In this document: positions 1 through 9,881 of the stretch, one piece after another | Position numbering within the stretch: position 1 is the first letter of the stretch | Layout: every line of letters starts with the position of its first letter | Virus record (IMG/VR): IMGVR_UViG_3300011335_000237 | Location: 1-34,352 of that record | Reading direction: 5' to 3' (one strand) | Origin: a virus | Taxonomy: Duplodnaviria; Caudoviricetes | Length of the DNA stretch: 34,352 nt | Position numbers and translations under genes: made by a program | The notes under the pieces: generated by a model | Database searches by the model: none | Told to the model about the DNA's origin: nothing | Seen by the model: the letters and a program-made list of their open reading frames with translations, nothing else

Positions 1-285
1 AAGACTCCTGAGGGGTGGATTCCTGAGGATGTATATGTAGAATGTTTCAATAATAAGGCTCTTTTATGGGCTTTCTCGCAGGACAACCGAATAGTAGGAT
101 TCTCGGTTCTGCAACCACAAGGCGATAATCTACATATATGGTGTTCTTATTTTGAGCATAACCTTGATCCATGTTGGCAAGCTCTATTAGAGATAGCCAA
201 GGCTGGTGGAGCAAGTACAGTAACTTTTGACTCTCATCGCAAAGGGTGGGATGTGATAGCAAGAAAATATGGGTTTAGACCTAGA
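1..285. repeat. Terminal direct repeat, left copy (circularisation overlap or terminal redundancy)
   Basis: 1-285 matches 34069-34352 except 3 substitutions and a 1-nt indel. Confidence 0.95.
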
Positions 286-306
286 AAATGGATAAAGGAT
301 ATTTGA
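1..306 (+). CDS. 3' part of a junction-spanning gene (starts at 33988); putative GNAT-like/internal virion assembly protein
   Basis: Frame 1 is open from base 1 (KTPEGWIPEDV...RKYGFRPRKWIKDI*) to TGA 304-306 and continues the 33988 ORF; lies between tail genes and ejection proteins. Confidence 0.7.
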   Translation, partial: KTPEGWIPEDVYVECFNNKALLWAFSQDNRIVGFSVLQPQGDNLHIWCSYFEHNLDPCWQALLEIAKAGGASTVTFDSHRKGWDVIARKYGFRPRKWIKDI

Positions 307-307
307 T

Positions 308-1171
308 ATGGGTGGAATAGCAAGCACAGTTGGTGGAATATTTGGCGGTGGTGGCGGTGGTCAGCAAGTTCAAGATAGAACTACAACTACTACAAACCAA
401 ATTGATCCAATGCTCAAGCCTTATGTAGAGTTTGGTCTAGGCGAGGCAAAACGCCTATACGAAACACAAGGCCCATCTTACTTCCCAGGGCAGACCTATG
501 TTAGCCCTACGGAAACTACCTTATCTGCATTACAAGCTGGCGAGCAACGAGCTACGGCTGGCAGTCCTTTATTGAGAGCAGCACAGGCTGAAAACTTGGC
601 TAATGTACAGGGTCAATACTTAGGTGGAAACCCTTTCTTTCAAGGCGCATTTAATCCTGCTGCTAAGGCTGCTCAACAATCCTACTACGATGCTATTCAA
701 AATGTAGCATCTAAAGCCTCTAGTGCTGGTCGCTATGGCTCTGGTGCTTATGGTCAATTAACAGATCGTGCAGGCGGTACTTTTGCTAATGCGCTTACAG
801 ATGTTGCTGGCAAACTAGCTTATCAGAATTACTCAGACGAAAGAGCAAGACAGGCTGCTGCTACGGCTGCTGCGCCTGGCATGGCAGAGGCAGACTACGG
901 AGATATTCAGCGTTTACTAGCAATCGGACAAGGCAGAGAAGGTTATTCTCAGACTGCATTGCAAGACCAAATCAATCGTTATAACTACGAGCAAAATCTC
1001 CCACAAGCTAAACTGCAATCATTCCTAAGTGGCGTATATGGCGCACCTAGTGGCGGTATCTCTACCTCTACTCAGCCTATCTACTCCAATCCAGGCCAAC
1101 AAGGTCTAGGTAACTTGCTAGGCATTGCTGGTACAGGCGCACAGCTCTATAACGCATTTGGAAAAGCATAA
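308..1171 (+). CDS. Putative DNA ejection/internal virion protein
   Basis: Gly-rich N-terminus, Ala/Gln-rich body, first of four large ORFs after the tail nozzle as in P22/T7-like podoviruses. Confidence 0.6.
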   Translation: MGGIASTVGGIFGGGGGGQQVQDRTTTTTNQIDPMLKPYVEFGLGEAKRLYETQGPSYFPGQTYVSPTETTLSALQAGEQRATAGSPLLRAAQAENLANVQGQYLGGNPFFQGAFNPAAKAAQQSYYDAIQNVASKASSAGRYGSGAYGQLTDRAGGTFANALTDVAGKLAYQNYSDERARQAAATAAAPGMAEADYGDIQRLLAIGQGREGYSQTALQDQINRYNYEQNLPQAKLQSFLSGVYGAPSGGISTSTQPIYSNPGQQGLGNLLGIAGTGAQLYNAFGKA

Positions 1172-1929
1172 TGGACTTAAACCTTAGCTTTTTAGATGAT
1201 CTTTTTAAAGGCATTGGGAATGTAGGTGCTGATGCTGACCAATTTATGAAGCGTGAGATGCCGTTTGATTCTGGATGGGGTGCGCCTGCTGCTCTTACTG
1301 CTGCATATTTTGCTCCTGAGATAATTCCTTACTTGTCTGAAGGTGGCACTACTACTGGTGGTGGTGGAATGTTAAGCTCATTAGGTGCTGGTGGCGGTGG
1401 TACTTTTGGTGGTGAGTTGTTTCAATTAGGCGGTTCTGCTGGAGCAGAAGGATCTATTGGTTCTGGTGGAATGAACAGTCTTTTATCTAGCCTTGGCTTG
1501 GGCGGTAATGCTGGTTCAATGGCTGGTCAAAGTGCCTTTCAACTTCCTGCATCTGCTTATACTCCAGAATACTTAAATATGCTTTCTCAGTATCAAGGTG
1601 TTGATGCTGGCAATACAAGTTTTTTAGATAACTTGCTTGGCAACAATGAGCAAGGTTTATACAAGCAAGAAGGATTAGCTCAAAAAGCATCTGGTCAAAC
1701 ATTAACAGATATGTTAAAAAAGAAAGCTCAAGAAAAAGCACTTAGTCAACTTACACAAAGTGGCTCTAAGATGCAAGAGCAAAATACTGCTCAACAAGCA
1801 GATCAAAACAAAATGGCTCAACTACAAGCAATGATGCGTAGAGGGCAAGGTGTAGATACAACTACTGCTTTACTATCTTTATTACAAGACAAACAACAAT
1901 CTAAGCAACCTAGAATATCTTTAATCTGA
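1171..1929 (+). CDS. Gly-rich hypothetical protein, probable ejection protein
   Basis: 252 aa, translationally coupled (TAATG), Gly-rich middle and Gln-rich helical C-terminus. Confidence 0.5.
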   Translation: MDLNLSFLDDLFKGIGNVGADADQFMKREMPFDSGWGAPAALTAAYFAPEIIPYLSEGGTTTGGGGMLSSLGAGGGGTFGGELFQLGGSAGAEGSIGSGGMNSLLSSLGLGGNAGSMAGQSAFQLPASAYTPEYLNMLSQYQGVDAGNTSFLDNLLGNNEQGLYKQEGLAQKASGQTLTDMLKKKAQEKALSQLTQSGSKMQEQNTAQQADQNKMAQLQAMMRRGQGVDTTTALLSLLQDKQQSKQPRISLI

Positions 1930-1936
1930 GGCAAAC

Positions 1937-3124
1937 ATGGCATATATTCCATCCTATTACGAAGGCTTACTATCAGAAGATGATATGTCATCTCTGCGTA
2001 ACCAAGCACTTGCATCTGGATTATTAAGCGCAGGCGCAGCATTTTCTAGAGCTGGCGCACCATCTACGATGCCACAAGGTAGCGGATTTAGCGATGCCCT
2101 ACAAGGATTTCAAACTGGCTATCAAGGACAAGTAGATACTGCGTTACAAAATATGCTTAAAGCTACTCAAGTTCAAGAATTAGTGCGTAAGCAAAAACAA
2201 GCACAACAGTTAAATCAGTTATATCAAAGTGCATATACCCCAGGCAAGCAAACTGCTATCCCTTCAGAAGTAGGCCCTGCTGTTATAGAAACACCAGGAT
2301 CTTTTGATATATCTAAAATTCTTCCTCAACTACAGGCTAGTGGACAGTTTGGTGCTATTAAAGATATTGCTGATAGCACAAAGGCTTTGCGCCAACTTGG
2401 ATTAATGGGTGGTGGTCAAGCTCCTAGCCCATTTGCTGCTTATACACAAGCATCTAGCCCACAAGTAAGAGCATTGGCTGGTCAATTAGAGCAAGGATTT
2501 AAAACTGGCGTAATTGATGAGGAAACTGCTTACAAGCGTTTAGATTCATTAGCTAAAATGGAAGATTCTTTTGTTAGCCGTCAAATTGCATCTGGCGAAA
2601 GAATGGATGCTAGACAAGCTGCTGCTGCTGAAAGAGAATTAAGGAGAGCAGAAGGCGGTAAGCCTACTGAGTCAGAGCAAAAGGCTGCTGGATTTGCACA
2701 GCGTATGGAGCTATCAAATCAGTTAGCTAAAGACATAGAAAATAAAGTAGCTACACAACAATTAGCAGGAAAAGATGTTGGAACAATGTATCCAACAGCT
2801 AGAACACAAGCTCTTGGTGCTGTTCCTTTAGTTGGTGGATATTTAGAAAATATTGGAAGTTCTACACAACAACAGTTATACAAACAAGCTCAAGAAAACT
2901 GGGTTCGTGCAAATCTGCGTAAGGAGTCTGGAGCAGTTATTGGTACGGATGAGATGAAGGATGAGATTAAAACCTATTTCCCACAACCAGGCGATAGACC
3001 AGAAAAAATTGCACAAAAACAATTAGCAAGAGAAGTAACTCAAAATGCAATGAAAACTGCTGCTGGTAAATCTTATGTACCATTCGATATGAATCAATTT
3101 AAAAAAGATAGAGGATTAGAGTAA
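1937..3124 (+). CDS. Putative DNA ejection/internal virion protein
   Basis: 395 aa, Ala/Gln-rich helical composition, GAGG RBS, position in the ejection cluster. Confidence 0.55.
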   Translation: MAYIPSYYEGLLSEDDMSSLRNQALASGLLSAGAAFSRAGAPSTMPQGSGFSDALQGFQTGYQGQVDTALQNMLKATQVQELVRKQKQAQQLNQLYQSAYTPGKQTAIPSEVGPAVIETPGSFDISKILPQLQASGQFGAIKDIADSTKALRQLGLMGGGQAPSPFAAYTQASSPQVRALAGQLEQGFKTGVIDEETAYKRLDSLAKMEDSFVSRQIASGERMDARQAAAAERELRRAEGGKPTESEQKAAGFAQRMELSNQLAKDIENKVATQQLAGKDVGTMYPTARTQALGAVPLVGGYLENIGSSTQQQLYKQAQENWVRANLRKESGAVIGTDEMKDEIKTYFPQPGDRPEKIAQKQLAREVTQNAMKTAAGKSYVPFDMNQFKKDRGLE

Positions 3125-5160
3125 TGGCATACGAAAAGTTTGAAAAAGTTATTCGTAATGTAGATAAATTATTGGCTAATCCTGATGTCAATCCACAAGA
3201 GATTAATCAATATTTAAATGCAGAAGGATATACAGCATCTAGATTTAAAAGTGCTGCTGAAAACTATTCTAAGGCAAAAGGCGCAACTTCTACCTATGGC
3301 AATATTGAGGCTGGTATTCAAGGGCTAACTTTTGGTTTTGGTGATGAGTTTGAGGCAGTCATTAAGACCCTTAAGAACAAAAAGCCATACGAGCAAAACC
3401 TTGCTGCGGTTCAATTTGCCAAGCAAGAATATGAGGCAGAAAAGCCTTATCAAGCTATGGCATCTGAGATTGCTGGTAGTTTGCCTGTAGCGTTTGCTGC
3501 TGGCAAAACTGCTGTACAGGCTGCTGGAAAGATCCCACAAGTTGCAAACCTATTATCTAAGATTCCATCTAGCTTTAGCACAGTAGCAAGCACATCTGGA
3601 GCTGGTGCTATTGGTGGTGGATTAACTGGTGCTGGTACTGCTCAAGAAGGCGAAAGAGCAATGAGCGCACAAAAAGGTGCAGTCCAAGGCGCAATCTTAG
3701 CCCCTGTAGTTCTTGCTGGAATGAAAGCTGGTGGTGCAACTACTAAGGCTGTTGCTGAAAAGCTAGGGATACCTGATCTAGCTAAAACTATTGTTGATGC
3801 CACAAAAGACATTCCTATTGTTAAGAATATCACAGGCAAAACTGCTGATTTCTTTGGCATGAGTGGTGATGCTGTACAGCGCAAAGCAGATACCAAGATT
3901 ATCCAAGCACTACAAAGAGATAGCCTTACATTGCCAGAGATTAAGACTGCAATGGATCAGATCAGACTATCAGGATATAAGCCAGAAACCATTATGGAAT
4001 TTGGCGGTAAAGCTACTAAACAATTAGGCGAAACTGTTGCAAGCTATCCTGGTGCAAGAGTAGTCGCTGAGAATTTAGCAGAGGAGCGTAAAGCAGGCGC
4101 AGGAAATCGTATCCTTACAGACTTCCAGCAAGCCTTTAATGTAAACAAAGACCCAATGGAGATTGCAGACGATATTATTAAGTTAAGAAACGCTGCCTCT
4201 AAACCTTTGTACGATGCTGCTTATGCAAGCCCTGTATCTATTGGCAATAAGACCATAGATAACATTATGCTAGACCCAGCGTTCCAAAGTGCATACGCTA
4301 GGGCTAACAGAATTGCTACTAGAGAAGGTTTCCCATTAGCACCATTAAAGCCAGAAGGTAACACCTTTGATCTTAAGACTATTGACTATATCAAGCGTGG
4401 TATAGACGATGAAATCAACTGGAGCAAGACTCCTGCATCTGGTCTAGGTAAGGATGAGGTTAATTCTCTTAAAAAGGTTCGTGGCGAGTTTATGGGTGTA
4501 GTTGATAGTCAAGCTCCTGTTGAATACAAACAAGCTAGACAAGCATTTGGTGGGCCAACACAAGTATTTGATGCTATTGAGAATGGCAGAGGATTTTTTG
4601 ATATTGATGCTCGTACACTCAAAAAGACTTACGATGGATTAAACCCAGCAGAAAAAGATGGATTTGCTATTGGTGCTTATGATGCTATTCGCACCAAGAT
4701 TCAATCAGGCGCAGATGGTATAGACCAAATTAAGCGTACCTTTGGATCACCAGAGAAAAGAGATCAGATCAAGGTGCTAATTGGTGATGATGCTTTCAAA
4801 AACCTAGAGTTGCAATTAGGCAGAGAAAAAGCTATTCGCTCTACTGATATTCAAATTACAGGCGGTAGCCCTACTCAGCGTAGAACAGAGGCAGCTAAAG
4901 AGTTTGAAGGTAGTACAGAGCTAGTCCCACAGATGGCAGAAAAAGGACTTGTAAAAGGTGGTATGGATTATCTATTGCGCTCCGTTACAGGCCCAGGCGG
5001 TAGAACTGCTGAAACACTAGCTCCTGATCTATATTCTGTAGATCCTGCAAGACAGGCACAGATCGTAGATCGTTTAAAATTACTCGATGAATATTTACGC
5101 AATCAAGCATTACAACAACAAGTAGGTGCTGGTGTTGTTGCTCCTTCTCTATTGGAATAA
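3124..5160 (+). CDS. Large DNA ejection/internal virion protein
   Basis: 678 aa with Gly/Ala-rich hydrophobic segments; last and largest ORF of the cluster. Confidence 0.6.
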   Translation: MAYEKFEKVIRNVDKLLANPDVNPQEINQYLNAEGYTASRFKSAAENYSKAKGATSTYGNIEAGIQGLTFGFGDEFEAVIKTLKNKKPYEQNLAAVQFAKQEYEAEKPYQAMASEIAGSLPVAFAAGKTAVQAAGKIPQVANLLSKIPSSFSTVASTSGAGAIGGGLTGAGTAQEGERAMSAQKGAVQGAILAPVVLAGMKAGGATTKAVAEKLGIPDLAKTIVDATKDIPIVKNITGKTADFFGMSGDAVQRKADTKIIQALQRDSLTLPEIKTAMDQIRLSGYKPETIMEFGGKATKQLGETVASYPGARVVAENLAEERKAGAGNRILTDFQQAFNVNKDPMEIADDIIKLRNAASKPLYDAAYASPVSIGNKTIDNIMLDPAFQSAYARANRIATREGFPLAPLKPEGNTFDLKTIDYIKRGIDDEINWSKTPASGLGKDEVNSLKKVRGEFMGVVDSQAPVEYKQARQAFGGPTQVFDAIENGRGFFDIDARTLKKTYDGLNPAEKDGFAIGAYDAIRTKIQSGADGIDQIKRTFGSPEKRDQIKVLIGDDAFKNLELQLGREKAIRSTDIQITGGSPTQRRTEAAKEFEGSTELVPQMAEKGLVKGGMDYLLRSVTGPGGRTAETLAPDLYSVDPARQAQIVDRLKLLDEYLRNQALQQQVGAGVVAPSLLE

Positions 5161-5163
5161 AAA

Positions 5164-5940
5164 ATGGCAAAGACAAAGATTTCAGAATTTGATAGCACTC
5201 CAGCTAACAATACCGACATAGACAGTATTAACATTGCAGAGGGCTGCGCTCCATCTGGCATTAACAATGCTATTCGTGAGTTAATGAGCCAACTAAAAGA
5301 CCAACAAACAGGCGCATCTGGAGATAATTTTACTGTAGGTGGAAACCTAGCAGTAACAGGCACAACTACATTTACTGGTATTCCATCAGCCCCTACAGCA
5401 TCGGCTGGAACTAATACAACCCAAGTAGCTACAACTGCTTTTGTATTGTCTAATGCTAATCCTACTGGTGGAATTATGATGTGGGGTACTGGTACTGCTC
5501 CTACTGGATGGCTATTATGCGCTGGAGCTGCGGTAAGTAGATCTACATACGCTGCGTTATTTGCCGTTATTGGTACAACCTTTGGCGTAGGTGATGGATC
5601 AACTACATTTAATGTACCAAACTATACAAATCGTACTCCTTATGGTACTACTGTAGGCGCAACAGGCGGTAGCGCAGATGCAGTTGTAGTAAGCCATACC
5701 CATACAGCAACTACAACAGCTACGGACTCTGGACATACTCACCTATCTAATGCCAATGGTGCATACAATGGTGCTGGAGCTGGTGCTGCAATGGGAACAA
5801 CAGGAAACAGCCCTGGCTATGCTACAGCTACAGGAAATGCAAACATTACTGCAACAACAACAGTTGCATCTGCTGGTGTAAGTGGCACAAATGCTAACTT
5901 GCCACCATACCTCGGTATCAACTTTATTATCAAAACTTAA
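5164..5940 (+). CDS. Tail fibre protein with phage tail collar domain
   Basis: GIMMWGTGTAPTGWLLC...SRSTYAALFAVIGTTFGVGDGSTTFNVPN collar motif; SHTH metal-binding motif; PPYLGINFIIKT end. Confidence 0.85.
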   Translation: MAKTKISEFDSTPANNTDIDSINIAEGCAPSGINNAIRELMSQLKDQQTGASGDNFTVGGNLAVTGTTTFTGIPSAPTASAGTNTTQVATTAFVLSNANPTGGIMMWGTGTAPTGWLLCAGAAVSRSTYAALFAVIGTTFGVGDGSTTFNVPNYTNRTPYGTTVGATGGSADAVVVSHTHTATTTATDSGHTHLSNANGAYNGAGAGAAMGTTGNSPGYATATGNANITATTTVASAGVSGTNANLPPYLGINFIIKT

Positions 5941-5942
5941 TC

Positions 5943-6125
5943 ATGGCTAACTTAACAGAGAAAGATATTGAGGATATTGTTGAGAAAGTAACAGAAAGAG
6001 TTATAGAGAATGTCTATACCTCTGTTGGTAGATCAGTAGTTACTAAGTTTTTTTGGTTTGTTGGTGTTGCAGCAATAGGAGTTGTAACCTATCTTGCTGG
6101 CGTAGGCCATATTAAGGTGGGCTAA
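5943..6125 (+). CDS. Small membrane protein (holin/antiholin-like)
   Basis: 60 aa, one C-terminal hydrophobic helix, upstream of lysis genes. Confidence 0.55.
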   Translation: MANLTEKDIEDIVEKVTERVIENVYTSVGRSVVTKFFWFVGVAAIGVVTYLAGVGHIKVG

Positions 6126-6128
6126 GAT

Positions 6129-6581
6129 GTGGCAGACCCATTTGGACTATCAGAAAGCGTTAAAAGCCTTACAAGTAGCCTCGAAGCAAGCAGAGCTGCA
6201 AGTAAGGGCTTATCTCAGTCTATTGAAAACATACAGCACGATGGACTGGATGTTGCCCAAAAACAAGCAAATGAAAGAATAAGAGCAAGACGAGAAGCTG
6301 ATTTTAAGAAAGAACAAGCATTAATCAAGGCTTTAAAACAATGGCAACATACTAAACAAATTAGCGATGAAGAAGCAAAGCTAAAGATAGACTTTGTTAA
6401 GAAACATGGTGCTAAAGAATGGGAAGCAGTATTAAAGATAAAAGTGGATATTGAAAATATGCGTAAAAAAGACAATGAGGCATATCAACACGACCTACAA
6501 GCTATTAAAAGACTACAATTTTGGTGTTTTGTAGCTGCTGCCATTATTGCTTGGTATGCCACATGGGGATATAAGTGGTAA
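6129..6581 (+). CDS. Coiled-coil protein with C-terminal TM helix, lysis region
   Basis: GTG start, charged helical body, FWCFVAAAIIAWYATW TM segment. Confidence 0.6.
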   Translation: MADPFGLSESVKSLTSSLEASRAASKGLSQSIENIQHDGLDVAQKQANERIRARREADFKKEQALIKALKQWQHTKQISDEEAKLKIDFVKKHGAKEWEAVLKIKVDIENMRKKDNEAYQHDLQAIKRLQFWCFVAAAIIAWYATWGYKW

Positions 6582-6670
6582 TGAATGATGATTTTGATTT
6601 ATTGATGTGGGCTTGGGTAGTTGCATCTTCTTGGATAGCCTTTGGAATGTATGTTTATTGGGGATCATAA
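6581..6670 (+). CDS. 29-aa single-TM peptide (MNDDFDLLMWAWVVASSWIAFGMYVYWGS), not in ORF track
   Basis: Read manually; TAATG coupling at both ends fills the gap exactly. Confidence 0.6.
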   Translation: MNDDFDLLMWAWVVASSWIAFGMYVYWGS

Positions 6671-7152
6671 TGTTTACTTTACTTACAACTATCGTATCTT
6701 TTTTAGCTGGTGGTCTGCCAAAGCTAATGGATTATTTTCAAGATAAGTCTGATAAATCGCATGAACTAGAGTTAGTTAAGATGCAAACTGAGCGTGAAGT
6801 ACAAATGCTCAAAGAAGGCTATGTAGCACAAGCCAGAGTAGAGGAAATCCGTACTGAACAGATTGGCATACAAAGTGCTGAGAAAGAGCGTGAAGCCCTC
6901 TATGCCCACGATATAGCTATTGGTCAAGGCGCAGCTCAATGGGTTATTAATGCCAGAGCATTTACTAGATCATTCATTACTTATGGCCTATTTATCTTAT
7001 TTGCTTTTGTAGAGATATTTGGCTTTATGTATGCTTGGCGTACAGGCGTAGATTTTACTGTTGCTCTTGATAACTTATGGGATAACGAAACACAGATTAT
7101 CTGGGCAAGCGTTGTATCGTTTTGGTTCGGTACTCAAGCATTTAAAAAATGA
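6670..7152 (+). CDS. Putative holin (3TM, GTA-holin-like)
   Basis: Likely start ATG 6670 (MFTLLTT); three hydrophobic segments, VVSFWFG C-terminal motif, overlaps endolysin start. Confidence 0.65.
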   Translation: MFTLLTTIVSFLAGGLPKLMDYFQDKSDKSHELELVKMQTEREVQMLKEGYVAQARVEEIRTEQIGIQSAEKEREALYAHDIAIGQGAAQWVINARAFTRSFITYGLFILFAFVEIFGFMYAWRTGVDFTVALDNLWDNETQIIWASVVSFWFGTQAFKK

Positions 7153-7625
7153 ATTTAGATAAGCGTGTCATTGACATGATTTCGCATCACGAAGGCGTGA
7201 GGCTTAAGCCTTATCAATGTCCGGCATTAATCTGGACTGTTGGTGTAGGCCATGTAATTGATCAATCACACATTAAAATCCCTTTAGCAGAGCGTAAGAC
7301 TTTGCCTATTCCTAATGGATGGGATCGCACTCTATCAATGGGGGAAGTAGATGAAATACTTGCTAAAGATTTACAATCATTTGAAAGCGGAGTTAAACGA
7401 TTATGTCCTAATGGGCTTACTCCTGGTCGGTTTGGCGCACTTGTTTCTTTCTCCTTCAATGTTGGACTCGGTAATCTCCAAAATTCTACCCTTCGGATGA
7501 AACACAATCGAGGCGAGTTTGAGTCTGCTGCCGATGAGTTTCTAAAGTGGAATAAGGCTGGTGGTAAAGAATTAAAAGGCCTTACAAACAGGCGCAAAGA
7601 TGAAAGAGCTTTATACTTATCTTAA
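7149..7625 (+). CDS. Endolysin, GH24 phage lysozyme
   Basis: HEGVRLKPYQCPALIWTVGVGH catalytic E-x8-C-x5-T; ALVSFSFNVG; GLTNRRKDE. Confidence 0.93.
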   Translation: MNLDKRVIDMISHHEGVRLKPYQCPALIWTVGVGHVIDQSHIKIPLAERKTLPIPNGWDRTLSMGEVDEILAKDLQSFESGVKRLCPNGLTPGRFGALVSFSFNVGLGNLQNSTLRMKHNRGEFESAADEFLKWNKAGGKELKGLTNRRKDERALYLS

Positions 7626-8104
7626 AATTGGTCTGTTAAATTAACATACTTAAACCAACTGACAGGGACATCAAAAAAGAACTCCCCACTAGGGACTTCC
7701 CTATTATTGACCTCTATCAATGGACACTCTTTCACCAACTCAGCTTTCAGCCAGTACGCATGACTTAAGTCGTGAGTTAGTGCAAAAAATAGAACAGGGC
7801 GATCTTGCTGAAATAATTTTGCTTTACGATACGCTATATGGATGGTGGGATGGTGGCAAAAGCTCCAGCTCCGTACTTCAACTTCAACAAAGCCAACTGG
7901 ACTATTTGCTCTGTAAGCGATTAGATCAACTCCATAGACATTAGGGTTTTCCCTGCAATCTAGACCCCACTTCATCTTCATCCATTCGGATACAGCTTTT
8001 CTAGCTGGTGGGTCGTACTTATCGTGCAATGCTTGGTCAAAGCGTTTGCCTGCATAATCGGAAGGGTGCAGGCTCTCCTTCGTGAAGGTTAATGCCGATC
8101 TCAT
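7622..8104 (-). CDS. Putative PD-(D/E)xK-fold nuclease
   Basis: GVDLI...FVEVEVR motif; start codon uncertain. Confidence 0.5.
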   Translation of the reverse strand: MRSALTFTKESLHPSDYAGKRFDQALHDKYDPPARKAVSEWMKMKWGLDCRENPNVYGVDLIAYRANSPVGFVEVEVRSWSFCHHPTIHIAYRKAKLFQQDRPVLFFALTHDLSHAYWLKAELVKECPLIEVNNREVPSGEFFFDVPVSWFKYVNLTDQF

Positions 8105-8111
8105 CTGTTAA

Positions 8112-8372
8112 TTAAAACGGAACTTCGTCATCCTCTATTGTATTCTTTGGCAGCTCATCTGCGCCTTTAGGCTTAAAGTTATCCTTGGGTGGTTTCTCTT
8201 TGCCGACTGATCCCGAAAAGAACTTACCATTCTTGCCATCTTTTAACCAGGCGTTAAGGTAATGCTCCTTGCCGTTAATCATTATTGATCCAGCATAATC
8301 AGGATGTGTTTCCTTTTCCTTACGATTATTCTTGAATAGGCTAAAGTTGCCATCTTTCATTTCATAGGCCAT
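8112..8372 (-). CDS. Single-stranded DNA-binding protein (small phage type)
   Basis: HPDYAG...LNAW core and acidic DDEVPF C-terminal tip typical of SSBs; next to exonuclease. Confidence 0.75.
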   Translation of the reverse strand: MAYEMKDGNFSLFKNNRKEKETHPDYAGSIMINGKEHYLNAWLKDGKNGKFFSGSVGKEKPPKDNFKPKGADELPKNTIEDDEVPF

Positions 8373-9009
8373 TTTTTCTCGCTTTCAATTTAGTTAATGT
8401 ATCTTCGACCTCGCTTAAGAACTTCTCTACTTCTACTTCCATTGCCTTGATATACTCATCATCCCTTTCAAGGCGCACTACAAACAGTTGCAAGTCATCT
8501 GGTAGTCTAGGGTCAAACGATACGAAATCGCACCACCTAGACCCTGTTACAGCCATCTGGCATTGCATCTGAGGGATATACTTAGATGGTGGTTTCCCAT
8601 CCATCAAATAATCAATATGGGTGCTACTATTGGGACACTTAATCTCAATCAAACCATTCCCCACAAGTCCATCTGGACTACACCCAAACCACTTAATTGT
8701 AGGGTGATCTATAAATGCCACCTGTTCTACAAAGTTGCCTGTTGCCACCTCATACGCAATTCTAGCTATTGGCTCAGTCCTTGTGCCATGCTCTATTGCA
8801 GCATTGGTAAAAGACTCGCTTGGCAACCCTGTAAGCCTTTGGACTACCAATTCCGTACGATATTTCGTACGACTCGCAGACTCCCCAGACTTCCCCTTAG
8901 ATAGCACATCTGCCATACGACTAGCAGTTACCTTGCCTAACCTAAGTTGATGCCAAGCATCCGTACCCTGCTCTACGGCTATTCGGTCATCCGTTGTGAA
9001 AGTGGTCAT
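8362..9009 (-). CDS. YqaJ/lambda-exonuclease family recombination exonuclease
   Basis: QGTDAWHQLRLGKVTAS, HGTRTEP, CSPDGL, EIKCP, QMQCQM motifs. Confidence 0.92.
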   Translation of the reverse strand: MTTFTTDDRIAVEQGTDAWHQLRLGKVTASRMADVLSKGKSGESASRTKYRTELVVQRLTGLPSESFTNAAIEHGTRTEPIARIAYEVATGNFVEQVAFIDHPTIKWFGCSPDGLVGNGLIEIKCPNSSTHIDYLMDGKPPSKYIPQMQCQMAVTGSRWCDFVSFDPRLPDDLQLFVVRLERDDEYIKAMEVEVEKFLSEVEDTLTKLKARKNGL

Positions 9010-9164
9010 AGTTTGGCCTCTGCTAAGAATTTTAAATGCTCTGCTAATGTTGCTACTTCGTTTGCAGATTGAGCAGCTCGTTCATGGTTATTTTTTAGTT
9101 CGTAGTTATAGTAACTTTTAAGAACTTGGTTAATCTCTATGTAAACTTCTGAATAATCTGTCAT
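9006..9164 (-). CDS. 52-aa hypothetical protein (MTDYSEVYIEINQVL...), not in ORF track
   Basis: Read manually; ATGA overlaps with both neighbours. Confidence 0.7.
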   Translation of the reverse strand: MTDYSEVYIEINQVLKSYYNYELKNNHERAAQSANEVATLAEHLKFLAEAKL

Positions 9165-9358
9165 ATTTTTTTGCTATTCGTAGTTAGTTTTTGTGCCTTT
9201 GCCTGGTCGCATCGGTTCTGTTTCTGCATTAATTCCATGTAATCTTTTGTGCAATCATCGCAAATATTGACTACTTCTTGGGCATGATCTCTTAGGTACA
9301 GCCAAGCCTTGTAATCCCTTCTTGATGGGTAGCATAAAGGATACCATTCACTCGTCAT
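9161..9358 (-). CDS. Small Cys-containing hypothetical protein
   Basis: Likely start MTSEWYPLC; ICDDC motif plus further Cys. Confidence 0.65.
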   Translation of the reverse strand: MTSEWYPLCYPSRRDYKAWLYLRDHAQEVVNICDDCTKDYMELMQKQNRCDQAKAQKLTTNSKKI

Positions 9359-9563
9359 CGTGCATTGGCTTTTGCTCTGGCTGAACAATAAAATCAATAT
9401 CTTCTAATTCGTTCATCTCCCATTTACGAGAGAACTCAGCAGATAAGGCATCTATCGCAGCGTTCCATCCTAGCATGAAATACTCTTGTGGATGGTATAC
9501 CGGCTCAGATAATTTATTAAAAGCCTCAAGGCACTTTTTATTAATCACTTTCGTTTTCTCCAT
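9348..9563 (-). CDS. Hypothetical early protein
   Basis: 71 aa, overlapping operon; GWNAAID motif common in small phage proteins. Confidence 0.65.
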   Translation of the reverse strand: MEKTKVINKKCLEAFNKLSEPVYHPQEYFMLGWNAAIDALSAEFSRKWEMNELEDIDFIVQPEQKPMHDDE

Positions 9564-9754
9564 TGATAAACGACTGTTTCATTAGGCGTTAGCTTTTTGG
9601 GCTGATCGTCTAAGGTACGAGCAAATTCTGCTTTAAAATCTGCCCACTTTTTCTTGTAGAACTCTTGCTCACTAGCTGGAATATAGCCATGCTGCTTTCT
9701 CCAGCGCAAAGCTATGTCTGTAGAGCTTGGGGTATAAATAAAGTTATTTTCCAT
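9545..9754 (-). CDS. Hypothetical early protein
   Basis: 69 aa in tightly packed operon. Confidence 0.65.
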   Translation of the reverse strand: MENNFIYTPSSTDIALRWRKQHGYIPASEQEFYKKKWADFKAEFARTLDDQPKKLTPNETVVYQWRKRK

Positions 9755-9881
9755 ATTTTCTATCTGCCTCTCGTTTTAAACAAACTCCACATTTCCATCT
9801 ACTTATTTTGTTAATCTTTACCAACTTAAAATCACTAGCTGGTCGTAAAGCCTGACAACTAACACACCACTTTCTGTCCAT
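9744..9881 (-). CDS. 45-aa zinc-ribbon protein (MDRKWCVSC...WKCGVC...), not in ORF track
   Basis: Read manually; two CxxC motifs; fills the gap between neighbours. Confidence 0.7.
   Translation of the reverse strand: MDRKWCVSCQALRPASDFKLVKINKISRWKCGVCLKREADRKYGK

Noticed and set aside
8048-8088. Hairpin GCCTGCA/TGCAGGC and palindrome CCTTC-GT-GAAGG with an orphan AAGGAG near the nuclease start
   Set aside because: No in-frame ATG at SD distance; could reflect regulation or a sequence error but cannot be resolved here
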